Position numbers and translations under genes: made by a program. From NCBI RefSeq assembly GCF_009834535.1, contig NC_045696.1:7628001-7692000 (forward strand): 64,000 bases of DNA, read 5' to 3'. Each line of letters opens with the position of its first letter. Positions within the stretch are counted from its first letter, which is position 1. The notes below the pieces were generated by a model. That model saw only the letters and a list, made by a program, of their open reading frames with translations. It ran no database searches and was not told the origin of the DNA. Shown one piece after another: positions 12,265 to 24,293 of the stretch. The DNA comes from Camelus ferus. Lineage: Eukaryota.

Positions 12265-12834
12265 TTAAGAAATTCGGTTATATGACACTATGGTTAGATC
12301 TTGGGGACATTATGCTAAGTGAGATCAGTTAGACAGAGGAAGAGAACTACTGCACAGTGTCACTTATATGGGGAATCTGAAAAAGCCGAACTTATAAAAA
12401 CAGAGTACAGTGATGGTTGACAGGAGCTGGAGGGTAGGAGAGGAGAATAGATGTTGTTTAACGATACAGACTTGCAATGAGTAGTAACTAAGTCTTAGCG
12501 ATCTAATGCACAGTGTAGTGAATGTAGACAACAATATTGTATGTGGGGGATGTAGTAGCTTAGTGGTAGAGCGTGTGCTTAGCATGCACAAGGTCCTGGG
12601 TTCTATCCCCAGTACCTCCATTAAAAAAAAAAGATGGTATTATAATCATCAAACTTGCAAGAGACCAGAACCTAATTATTCCAACCCCTAAAAAGAAATG
12701 ATAATTATGTAACATCATGAAGATGCTAATTATTGCTACAAATAGCAATGATACTACAATATATGTGTCAAATTAACATGTACACCTTACTTTTACAGTG
12801 TTATATCTCAAATATATATATCAATTAAAAATAA
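12265..12834 (+). mobile_element. L1 (L1MA-type) 3' end, interrupted by a SINE
   Basis: ggacattatgctaagtgagatcagttagacagagg...tcacttatatggggaatct...; continues after the SINE to an A-rich end (tcaattaaaaataa). Confidence 0.85.
12545..12632 (+). mobile_element. Camelid tRNA-Ala-derived SINE (Vic-1-like), short form
   Basis: tagcttagtggtagagcgtgtgcttagcatgcacaaggtcctgggttctatccccagtacctcca + A tail; degenerate TSD aatattgtat/aagatggtat. Confidence 0.9.
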
Positions 12835-13639
12835 CTTCTCTAAATATATAAAACCCCAAACTTGGTTTATTAATTAACGTTAATTTATATGTGGAAAAAT
12901 TTAAAAATATCCCTATAATTTAGTGTTCATGATAGTTCAAGTGTGACTGCTTACCTGTGTACATGTGGTGAGAAGATGGAGGCTGAGCTCTAGGTTTAAA
13001 AATGTGTTTTGGTAAAAATCTGGAAATGTGTTCGATAATCAAGCAGATATTTTTCTTTGCCCCTATTCACCATTCCTCTCCCTGTTACCATTTCTCCCCT
13101 GACTTTGCTTTATGATTTCTTTAGAAAAACTTCTGTTTTTCTTTCAAATTAAACACTTACCTGTTTTGGAGGTGAGGGTTGATTTGCTTTCATCTGCCCC
13201 TTTAAAATCTTTTGCACACCTACCATTTGGCCAAACACTGAAATACCCTTGTTTCTGCTTTTTTGTTTTGGATAGAAGCGTGTTCTGTTTCTGCATGAGG
13301 GGTATTCCATCACGTTGAGATCCCAAACACCACATTTTTTTTGCATTGCACAAGGAGTCATTCATCATTTTCATTTTTTGCTTGGCTCTCCCACAAGAGT
13401 ATTCAAATTAGTGAGAAGGAAAGTGATGAAGTCATTGCCTGGCAGGAAAATCTTTTCTTGAGATGTGGGAAGGGTAGAGGAGACAAGAGAAGGGGAAGGA
13501 ATTATGGTGAGGTCTGCACCTATCTTTTTTCCCAGAGGTCACCCAGATGCCAATGTAGTTTTTATAGTTTAAAATTGGATAAAATGAGTATATAGAACTT
13601 ACTTAAAAATGAAACTACATGGTAGGGTGGCAGTGTCAA

Positions 13640-13770
13640 CAACCCTGGAACTTAGGCTGTAGTTTTATCTGTGTTATTTAGGCACACCAGCTGTGTGATG
13701 TTGGGTGAAACACTCAACCTCTCTGTGCCTGTTTATTCATCTGTAAAATGAGAGGGTTGTACTAGATGTG
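13640..13770 (+). mobile_element. MIR fragment
   Basis: cagctgtgtgatgttgggtgaaacactcaacctctctgtgcctg..tcatctgtaaaatgag. Confidence 0.7.
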
Positions 13771-16299
13771 TGGCTTAATTTTTTTTTTTTAAGCAAGAAA
13801 GCTTCTTTCAAGTAAAATACCCTTTTGTACAAATGGGGCTGGGAGCCTTCTTAGAGCCCAGGCTCCTCAGGGTATGGGTGTCAAGACACTGGCAAGGTTC
13901 TTCCAACTTGGACACGCAGGCCCATCTGACTGGGGACACTTATATCTTAATGGCTGGACGACTGGTCGGCTGGATATTTTTATACCCTGCCTCATTCTAA
14001 GAGGATTTAAGGCAGCGGAAATTTAAGTTTATCTCTTATGAGATGTGCTCTCTCTATCTCCTTTGGGTGTGCTGTGCAATCAAAATGGATTGCACCATGT
14101 TAATCTTTGGTTATTAAGTGTCATGTCCAAGCTGTATGTATATTATTTATAAAACTCAGCATCATTCAGAGTTTACAATAGACTAATAATAGTGGTGTTT
14201 GAGTAACTGTGGTTCCCTTCTGGAACCCAGAGAAACCTAGGTGGGTTCCATGCCCTTGTAAACTAAGCAGCTTTTGTCTTCAGGGGCAACTGTCCAGGTG
14301 GTTATTTGAATGCCTTGAATTAGAGATGAGTGATATTTGAGGGGAAATACCTCTGTTGGAATTGCTTCCATTTCAAACACCCAGAATTTAAGAGGCGATG
14401 AGATTGGAGGAGAGAACTCATCTGTGGTGAATGGCCCTCGGATCACAGGACCCTTAGGAGTGCTCTGGGAGGGTGCAGTGCAGGGAGAGGCAGTGGGGTG
14501 AATGGCAGAGGAGAAGTTTGGCAGGTGTGTACTTGTCCTACATGAGGTCTTGGGCAACATTTTAGATTTTGAAGTTTCATTAACGCTTGCTTGGCTCCTT
14601 AACAGAGAGTGTAGAATCTGCCCTGGGATGGGAGTATGGGTCACATTTGCTAGAACAACAGTGGGGAGTTTGAGGTGGAGGATTTATACAAGTTGTGGCT
14701 TTCCCCTGCTTTCCTGGAATTTTTATTTGTAATCTTTAGTTTCCATCCTACTTCTGAAAATCTGCTATGGCACTTTCTCTTTTAAACTTAAACAAAATGA
14801 AATGTAATTTAATTTTTTAACATTCTGCAGTATCTCTGGAGGTATAATACAAGAAACTTGGTTGTTGCCAACTGGGGTTGTGAATCTCAGATGTAGAGCT
14901 TGTCTGACAAGAAATTGGTTTTGCTTTTGTTTAAAAAACTCAACAAAAATGCCTCCTGTAGCTCTTGGTTTAGGTTTTGTTCCTTTCTGTTCCCTTGCCC
15001 TGCCTTCTCATCTCTTCTTTTTGATGCCAAATGTAAGTGGCCCCCACGTGTTAAAGGTCCTTAGAGGCCCTCTTGGAGTACTCCCTCCAGGTCGATGGAG
15101 ATAGAGCATCCTTGTAAGATTATAGGCAATTTCACCCCTTTACTGTGGCACCTGGAAAACTGCCATGAAGCAGACCAAAATTTTCCAGCACGATGTTATA
15201 ATTGGGATAGAATGAGGATTTGACATCTAAGCCTGAAATCAGACCAAGAGTGTATCACAAAACTCTTAGATCTGGGACTTGCCTAAAGGCCAGTCACCCC
15301 GTCCGTACCTACTGCCCGAACACCTTCTGATGTTTGGGTGTGTCTGAGCACCCTGATGGTGAATGAATTCCTGCTATTTGTTCAGTTAACAAATATGTGT
15401 TGGGCTCTTATAACTTGAGGCAGCTCATTCCAGTATCTTAGGATGGTGCTTTCTCCCAGGATGGGTCCTTTTCAAAAAGCAGATCTGGCCATGCATCCAG
15501 ACAGAGAAAACGTACATTTCTACTAAATGATAGGTAAGATATTTGTTAACTAGTTAAGATAGATAAAGATATTTAAAGGTGGTTATTATGGCTTTCTTTA
15601 TCCCCATGTCATCTTTTCTTTAAGTATCTTCGGTAATAAAGATTTCTTTACATCTCCATGTCAGAGATCAAAACTTTAGGTCTGAGGGACCAGAAACCTT
15701 GATAGAAAGCTGGTCATGGCAGAAAACTGCTCAAATTAATTTTTCCCAAAATATTTTCCAACTATAAAAATAATTCTTGCTCATTATAGAAAACTTGGAA
15801 ATATAGAAATTTAAAATAAAGAGATGAAAATCATCTATAACCTCACTACCTTTGAAAGATAATATTAATATTTTGCTGTATTTCATATTTTTATCCTCCT
15901 ATACGCATATATAAAATTGTGATTATATTATATATGAAATAAGCATTTCTCATGCAGTCAAATGGTCTGCTAAAAACATGTCTTTCACTAGGTGCATATA
16001 GTTTGACCATAATTTATTTAAGCAATCTTCTACTAATGCATTCCTGTCATTTCCAGTGATTTCCTATTATAAATAATAAGCATATTTCTTTTCGAGCCAG
16101 CAGTTCTGTATAAGTCTTGAGTGATCCCATTACAATATTTCTTTTTTAGAAGATAATTGGAAAATTATAAAACAAAAGCAGACATTGGTAGAAGTTGAAC
16201 AGGATGAGGTTAATGATATTTCTTGTTACTTAAATATTTCATCACTATTATATAATGGTTTTGTATTATTTTATCTTTTGTCCACAGAATGCTATGCTT

Positions 16300-16540
16300 T
16301 AATAATAATAATAATAGGTAACATTAATTTGGCATTTACTGCATGGCAGTTACTGTACATTTTTCCTATTCAGTCTACCACAACTCTGTAAGACGCATGC
16401 TGTTATAGTTCCCATTTTAAGAGAGAGGGAACTATTGCTTAGGGAATTTAAATGGCTTGGCCAGAGCCACATAAAGAGTTAAATGGTGGAAGCCGCATTT
16501 AAAAGATTTGTCTCGAGCCTAAATTCCCAGCCCCAAACAC
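16300..16540 (-). mobile_element. MIR
   Basis: aataataataggtaacatt...cccattttaagagagagggaact...agggaatttaaatggcttggccagagccaca. Confidence 0.65.
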
Positions 16541-16665
16541 AATGTTACTTTCCACAGATGCTTTGCTGAAATCCTAGTACACTGTGTCCCCTATACTTCT
16601 AACATCTACTTATATACTAATTGTGTTACAAAAGGAAATCAGGCTGGCTGACACATCTAATTCTT

Positions 16666-16800
16666 TTTTTTTATGTTTGTTTGTTTATTTTGGTGGGGGA
16701 GGTAATTAGGTTTATTTATTTGCTTTTAGAAGAGGTACTGGGGGTTTAACCCAGGACCTCATACACACTAACCTCTACTGCTTGAGCTATACCCTCCCCC
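16666..16800 (-). mobile_element. Camelid Vic-1-like SINE, long form
   Basis: Reverse complement reads gggggagggtatagctcaag...gtcctgggtt...taaacctaattacctccccc + A-rich tail; perfect 17-bp TSD tgacacatctaattctt at 16649-16665 and 16801-16817. Confidence 0.93.
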
Positions 16801-17264
16801 TGACACATCTAATTCTTAGGGAATTTCTAAAAACTTTTTTAATGAGATGTGTGGTAGAAAGGACGATAATAGCAGTCCTACTTAAAGTTCCAGTTCTTGA
16901 GCTTACTAGTGGGGCAACTTACTTGTTTGTTCCTCTGTGTTATTATCTGTAAAATATGGACAATAATATTATTACTATTAATATATTAATGGGTTGTGAT
17001 CTGGATTAAATCAAATGGTATATATGAAAATGCCAGTGTAGTTCCTGTACTGTACTGATGTCAGTAGTAGTAATAGGTGCTCAACAATAGTCATTTCCTT
17101 ATTTCCTTGAATTTCAGGTGGTACAGGTCATCTTTAGTTAGTACAGTTTCCTTTAAAAATTAGACTGGCATGTCTCTTTTAGCTTCTTTTAGTTTATAAT
17201 AAGCCTTCAAATATAGGCCATAATGAATTTAATTGTATCTTCCTCATGTTCTCAGGTTCTCTGA

Positions 17265-20200
17265 ATTTGAAAATAGAATAGTAATAATTATCCAATTTGA
17301 GGAAGAGAGGAGAAGATTGAAAAAAAATTAAGCTGAGCTTCAGGAACCTGTGGGATATCAAAATGTCTAATATATGTGTAGTTGGACTCCTAGAGGGAGA
17401 AGAAGAATGGGGCAGAAAAAATATTTGAGGAAATAATGGCCAAATGATCCCCCAATTTGGTGAAAGACATAAATTGACAGGTTCGAGAAGTTTAGCAAAC
17501 CCCAAGTAGGATAAATATGATAAAAATAGACCAAGGCACATCAGTCGACAAACCACTAAAGGCCAAAGACAAAGGGAAACTACTGAAAGCAAGCTGAGGA
17601 AAATGATACTTTACATTTCAGAGGAACAATAATTTGAATGTTCATGGGTTTCTCTTCAAAACTTATGGAGACCAGAAGAGAGTGGGACGATGTTTTTAAA
17701 GGGCTCAAAGGAAAACAACCTGTCAGCCAAGGTTTTTGCATCAACAATGAAGGCAAAATACATTTTCACATAAAAGAACACTAAGACAATTCGTAATAGT
17801 GCAGATCTGCTGGAAAGACATGCCAAAGGGAGTTCCAGAGGGTGAAGGGACATATGGCAGATGGAATGTTGTATCTTTGGGGAGGAATGAAGTGGCAAAT
17901 ATCTGAATACATTTAAAATAAATTTTTACACTTAATTTTCTGAAAATATATATGACTGTTTAAAGAAGAAATTATAACATCACCTTGCATAATCTTGTGT
18001 ATGTTGATGTCATACATATGACAACTCTAGTATAAAGGACAGTGGAGGTGTGATAAATGGACCTGTGTAATCGCAGCATTTCTACATCTAAGTGAAGAAG
18101 TGTAATATAAACTTGGTAGATGCATAAATTAAGCATATATATTGTAATCTTCAGAGTAACCTCTAAAAACAAGACAAAGAATTATATCTAAAGTCAGTAA
18201 ATAAATTAAAATATCCAAATACTCTAAAAGAAGGCAGCCAAAAAATCCAAAAACAAAAAGAGAATAGTAAAACAGAAAAATAAGGGAAAAACAAACAAAA
18301 ATGAACGAAGTGCTAGACCACTATTAAATGATAATGGGCTAAGTCTGAATGGATTAAAAAAAATAAGACCTGAATATAAGTCTTCTTTAAGAAACACTAA
18401 TTATAGAGACAGTTTAAAAGTAAAAGGATAGGAAAAGATATGTCATGCAGACAGAGAGCTTATGAAAGCTGGAGTTACTTTAACACCCAATAAAACAGAC
18501 TTCAAGACAAAGAATTCAGAAAGGTAAAGAGAGATATGCCATGATGAAAAAAGGGTCAATCATCGAGTAGACATAACAATCATAGATGTCTGTTTACCTA
18601 ATAAGAGAGCTTCAAAATACATGAAGCAAAAATTGGTGGAATTAAAGGGAAAAATAGACAAGTCCACAATTATAGTTACAGATTTTAACATCACTCTCTT
18701 AACAGGCAATGGAACAGCTAAACAAAAATCATGAAAGGCAAAGAGGATCTGAATAACACTGTCAACCACCTTCACCTAATTGATGTTTATAGAACACTAC
18801 ATCTAGCTGAATGCATGTTCTTTTCAAGTGCCCATGGTATATTCACCAAGGGAGACTATATGCAGGGACATAAAACAAGTCTCCATAAAAATAAAGTGAT
18901 TGGACCACATAAAGTATATTCTACATCCACAACAGAATTAAATTAGAAATTAGTAACAAAAATATATCTAGGAAAATCATAAATATTTCAAAATTAAACA
19001 ACACACATCTAGATAATCTTTAGGTCAAGGAAGAAATCACAAAGGAAGTAAGAAAATATTTTGAGATTAAAGAATATCTCAATAAATAAGGATGCCATGA
19101 TCATGTATCAGAAGACTTATGCCAGTTTGCTTTAAATTGACTTATGGATTCAGTGCATGTTTAATCAAAATCACAGCAGGAGTTGTAGTAGAAATGTATG
19201 AGCTGATTATAAAATTTATATAGAATTTACATAAGAATGCAAAGATTGCACAATAGAGAAAATAACTTGGAACAAGAAAAAGTTGAAGTCATATTATCTG
19301 ACTTTTAAGATTTACTGTAAAACTGTGATGATTAACTATAAAACTGGGTGGTATTGGCATTAATAAAGAAATAGAGCAACAGAACAGAATACTCCAGAAA
19401 TAGATCTGCTCTTAATTGGCCTTTTGATTTTTGACACAGATGTCAAAGCAATTCAATGAAGAAAGGGAAGTCTTTTCAAGAAATCGTGCTGGTGGGGGAA
19501 GATTATAGCTCAAGTGGTAGAGTGCATGCTTGGCCCACATGAGGTTGTGGGTTCAATCCCCAGTACTTCCTCTAAGAATAAATAAGTAAACTTAATTACC
19601 TCTGCCCACCAAAAAAAAAAAAAAAAAAAAAAAAAAAAGGTGCTGGCATAGTTAGATATAAGCTCATAAAGGAAAATAAATGTCTTGATCCCTGCCTCAC
19701 ATCATACTTTAAAATTGGTTTGAGATGGATCATAGACCCTACCACAAAAGCTAAAATTATAAAGCTTCTAAAGGAGAATAGAATATCTTCATGACCTGGG
19801 AGTGGTCAAAGGTTTCAAAAACTGATTATAGAAAGCTATAACCATAAAAGAAAAAAATTGATAAATAAGACTTCATAAAAATGAAAATATTCTGCTCATC
19901 GAAAGATACCAATAAAAACGAATAAACAAATCACATACAAGGAGATATTTTCAAAACATATCTGACAAAAACTGGTATCTATGATACATAAAGAACTTCT
20001 ACAACTCAATAATAAAATAACAAACAGCCTGATTGAAATATTTGAGCAACATTTTGCAAAGAATGCCAGCAGCCAATTAAGCACATGAAAAGGTCATCAA
20101 CATTTTCTGTCTTCAGAAAAACGCAAGTTAAAACCACAATGAGATACCATGCATACCCACCGTATTAGCTACAAATAAAAAGATTGACCGCACCAGATAT

Positions 20201-21060
20201 TGGCAAGGTTGCGGAGCAACCCACAATTCCCAAACATCACATCATTGGTGGGAATATAAAATGATATGACCACTTTGAAAAAATGATGTGGCAGTTTGCT
20301 TTCTCAAAAGAAACGTGTACTTTCTTAACAACCCAACAGTCCCACTGCTAATTACTTACCCAAGATAAATGAAAATATGTGTCTACACAAAGACTTGTAC
20401 ATCATGATTCATAGCAGATTTATTTGTAGTAGCCAAAATCTGGAAACAACTCAAAAGTCCATCAGCAGATCAATGTAAGGGATACACTGTAGCATATTCA
20501 TACAATTGAACACCACTCAGCAATAAAAGAGAATGGCCAATGATACATGCATCAACTTGCACAAATGTCAAAAACTTTACGTGCAGTGAAGGAAGCCTTC
20601 CGCAAAATAATACCTTTCCTTTGGCTCTGTTTTGTGAAGTTCTAGATCAGGCAGGTCTAACCTGTGGTGGGAGGTCAGAAGAATGGTTGTCTCTGGGGCA
20701 TGGGGGTGGAAGTCAACTGGAAAGAGCCATGAGGAACCCTTGAGGGATAGCAATGTTTCTTATTTTCCCAAAATAGAACAGGTGTATACATTTGTCAAAC
20801 TGCAGCAGATCTCATAATAACTATCACTCCAGGTAAATTTTTTATAAAACCTAAAATATTAAGCTCTAGTTAAATGTTGACTTAAGTATCAAGGATGGAA
20901 TATCTGCAGTTTACGTTGAAATGTGTAAAGTAGTAAGTGGGTGGGTGGAATGTTAATGGTAGAATTTAGCTGGTCGTTTATGAATGTTTACTCTAAAATT
21001 TTACCCTTGCTGTAATGTATCAATATTTTTATAACAAATTACTATGGAAGATTAAAAAAT
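17265..21060 (+). mobile_element. Decayed old L1M (ORF1 remnant, ORF2 endonuclease remnant, internal deletion, ORF2 3' part and 3' UTR)
   Basis: ORF1-like aaaaaatatttgaggaaataatggcc; EN-like agacttcaagacaaa, cttcaaaatacatgaagcaaaaa, ttcttttcaagtgcccatggtatattcacc; late ORF2 aaaaccacaatgagatacc, atagcagatttatttgtagtagccaaaatctggaaac. Many stops and frameshifts. Confidence 0.9.
19494..19638 (+). mobile_element. Camelid Vic-1-like SINE, long form, inserted in L1
   Basis: gggggaagattatagctcaagtggtagagtgcatgc...gggttcaatccccagtac...aaacttaattacctc + A28; degenerate TSD gtgctgg. Confidence 0.92.
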
Positions 21061-23781
21061 ATCTATCTATGATAGTATTTAAAATTATGGACACTGGATT
21101 TGTGTAATCTCTTGGTATCCCCAGTTGTACATCAAGGCTGCCTCATAAAAAGAAATATATGTTGTTTCCTATGTTCATCCAGTTTTCTTTTTTGTCTTCT
21201 TTCTTTTACTGAAGTGTACACGATTTTCTCTCCTTCCTTGAACAAAATAGCTTAAAGTATGTGAAAACTATGCAGTTAAAATTGAAGTGTTACTTTTTGT
21301 GACTAGCTGGATTATTTACTCCTTAGGTATTGAGTATTCTCAGTACTAAAATTTAAAACAAAAATCACAGTCTGTATTCTCATTTTCTGAAATCCCAGGG
21401 GTCTAATTTCTTTCTATTTATGCCCCTAGTGAAAATATTTTAAAAATCTAAATTTGTCTGCACATAAAGTTTTCATTTCTCACACCTCATATCATCCAGC
21501 CTGCTGTCATGGCCTTTACAAGTGTGTGCGGGATAGAAGGCTCCCTGCTGGGCACACCGAGAGTCTCAGAGTTGCCATAAAGTGCTTGACCTCGTGTTAA
21601 AAAGAGAAGATATAATTAGCAGTGTTCTCATTATTCAAAATATTCTCATTAATGTATATTCTGATGTAATTTTACTCCATAATTGCTCAAAAGAGCCTCT
21701 CCGAGGCTCTAGCCAGAGGTGGGGTGAGGAGGGTAGGTGCCAATTTCTCTTCCTCCTAAAATGCTATTTTCCAGACCCTTCTGCCCAGGTCCTATAAAAC
21801 AGTCATAGTGGACCCGTGAGGAGTTAGCTTTCTTCTCTTAGTCTTTGGATTTTAGTCTTCTTTATCTCTAGCTCATAATTTTATTGAAAATTCTTCTTGT
21901 TTTACCAGTCCCTAAGGTATTTTTCCCTAATGTGATGTTTTGTCCTGAAGCCTCTTGTTAAGACTTTCTGCTTATTTTTAGTGATATTTTCAACTATGAT
22001 TCCTTAAAAGTGACCTCTGGTCTGGGAACTGCGGCAAAAATCCTCATATCTCAAAATTTACCATTAACTGATAGAGTGATACAATAGGTATCTTTTTCCT
22101 ATATATTGATAGTCTAGTTTTAAAATTAAGAATTATTGTCTGGGTAGATATTTTAAGAAATGAGAAGCAAAAGTGAGCTCGTATAGGTAAAAGTCATTGC
22201 TAATAGTAACTAATAAAAATAATGAGTTAATAGCTAAGAACCATGAGAGAGTTCACCCTTGCATTTGCTAAGTCTGTGTATGATGCCCACTGGTGAGCAC
22301 TTTGTGTTTATTCTCTTTTACTCCTCCCCTATTCCCCTCTGTGGTGATACGAAGGCTGAAGCGCATCCGAGGAGACTCAGCCATCCAGACGCTAGCTCCT
22401 CCGAGGGGCCCTAGGCTTGAGTGCAGGCCGGTGGTGGCAGAGGCTGTGCCCGGAACTGCAGGACTAGGGTGAAAAACAAAAGTGGCCAGATCTTGCCACT
22501 GAGTTCTTCAGTATCAATTTCTGAAGTCTCTTAAATGAAAAACACACATTCAGTGTGGAATTAAGGTAAAATCATGGCAAATAGCTTTTCGGATTCTGTG
22601 CAGTTTGAGGGCGTCATAAATAGGGTTCACAGGTTTTATTTTAAAGGTGGTTCTCTGCTGTTCGTATCCTTGTTCCACTCCTAAAAGATTCAAAAACAAT
22701 GATCTAGAAATTTCCCAGAAGTTAAGTTGCTTAACTTAATGATCCCAGCTGGGAAGACATCCGTCTTTTTTTTTTTTTTTTAAGTAAGGGCATTGGATTT
22801 GGTCTGTGAGGTAGTGCTGACATTCTGAGAGCTGTGGTTTTAACTCAGCTGATATAAACGCAAGATTAAGGATGTCAGCAAATTTAAGGATTCACAAGAT
22901 AAGGATATAGTGTATCAGAAAGCAACTTTCTGATGGGGCGGATAGTTTAATAGGACTAAGTGAATCTTGTGAAGATGAGAATTATAGAATTCTTTTTCCT
23001 GATTTTTATGAAACTTAGGCATGTCTTGTGTTCTCATATTGCTTTTTTAAAAGCAAAGGACATTTTGAAAATACAAAAGGCAGTTAATATGGGTAATCCT
23101 TAGGAAAGAAATGAGATTTGAAAATGAACATCTCTTTTCTGGCACATCATGAGATGACTGAAATAAACTCATGTAGAGTTAAATATCTTTCCTTTAATAA
23201 GTTGACTCAGATCATTTTTAAAGAGCTGTAATTTTTCCTTTGGAACATTCCAGCTAATGCTTGAATCCGAGGAGTCAGAGCTCAGGTACGACTTGTAATA
23301 GTCTTTCAGTTTTTCCTGGGAAGAAACCGCAGCTCCGAGAGAGGAACACTAACCTCACTTCTCAGGAGACAGAGGCAGGGACACCTTCGGTTCTTCACTC
23401 CAACCGCTGGCCAAGCCCAGGGCTCTCTTGGCCTGGAGGAGTGGGCTGTCCCCAGGTTCTGGAGATCCTGCAGTGGAGGGGCACTGTCTAGGCTCACATG
23501 GCAGCCTGGGGGAGGGACACAACGTACAGACTGTGCTCCTTCAAGACAAAGTTCTCTGGTCACACCAGCCAGTCGTTTTGTACCCATCTGAGGGGGTAGA
23601 TGGCAGGCAAACAGTGTTTTCTTGATGCTTTTCTTCCATTACAGTTTTCACTTTGGTCATTATTTTCTTTCTCCTTTGTGGAAGGATGTATTTTCTGGAA
23701 TTAAATTAGAATTAAAATACAATCTTATTGTAAAATTTAGAGGGAAAATGGAATTGATACTCAAAACCATAAAATCCTATA

Positions 23782-24293
23782 CAGGTCTTCCTTGACTTAT
23801 GATGGGGTTACATCCCGATAAACCATTGTAAGTTGAAATTATATTGTAAATCAAAAATACACTGATACACCTAACCTACCGACCATCGTAGCTTAGCCTG
23901 GTCTACCCTCATTGTGCTCAGAACACTTACACTAGCCTACATTTAGGCAAAAGCATCTAACATAAAGCCTATTTTATGATAAAGTATTGAATAGCTCCCA
24001 TAATTTATTGAATACTATGTTGAATGTAAGAAACAGAATGGTTGTCTGGGTGCAAAATGGTTCTAAATGTCAGTTGTTTATCCTTGCAATGGTGTGGCTG
24101 GCTGGGACTGCTTCACCGCTGCTTCCCAGCATCACATCACGTCACAAGAGAATAATGTACTGCATATGGCTAGCCTGGGAAAGGATAAAAATTCGAAATC
24201 TGAAGTGTGCTTTCTACTGAGTGCATGTTGCTTTTGCACCACTGTAAAGTCAAAAAATTGTAAGTCAAACTATCATAAGTCAGGGACCATCTG
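23782..24293 (+). mobile_element. Non-autonomous TcMar-Tigger DNA transposon (MER47/Tigger5-like)
   Basis: TIRs caggtcttccttgacttatgatgg and ctatcataagtcagggaccatctg, TA on both sides; internal cctaacctaccgaccatcgtagcttagcc. Confidence 0.88.

Noticed and set aside
12545..12620. tRNA-Ala(AGC) gene (and the other tRNA-like copies)
   Set aside because: Mutated stems, A tails, TSDs and multiple dispersed copies inside other TEs indicate SINEs, not functional tRNAs.
17194..20743. Several 60-130 aa ORFs on both strands
   Set aside because: Fragments of a decayed L1, mostly antisense or out of frame.
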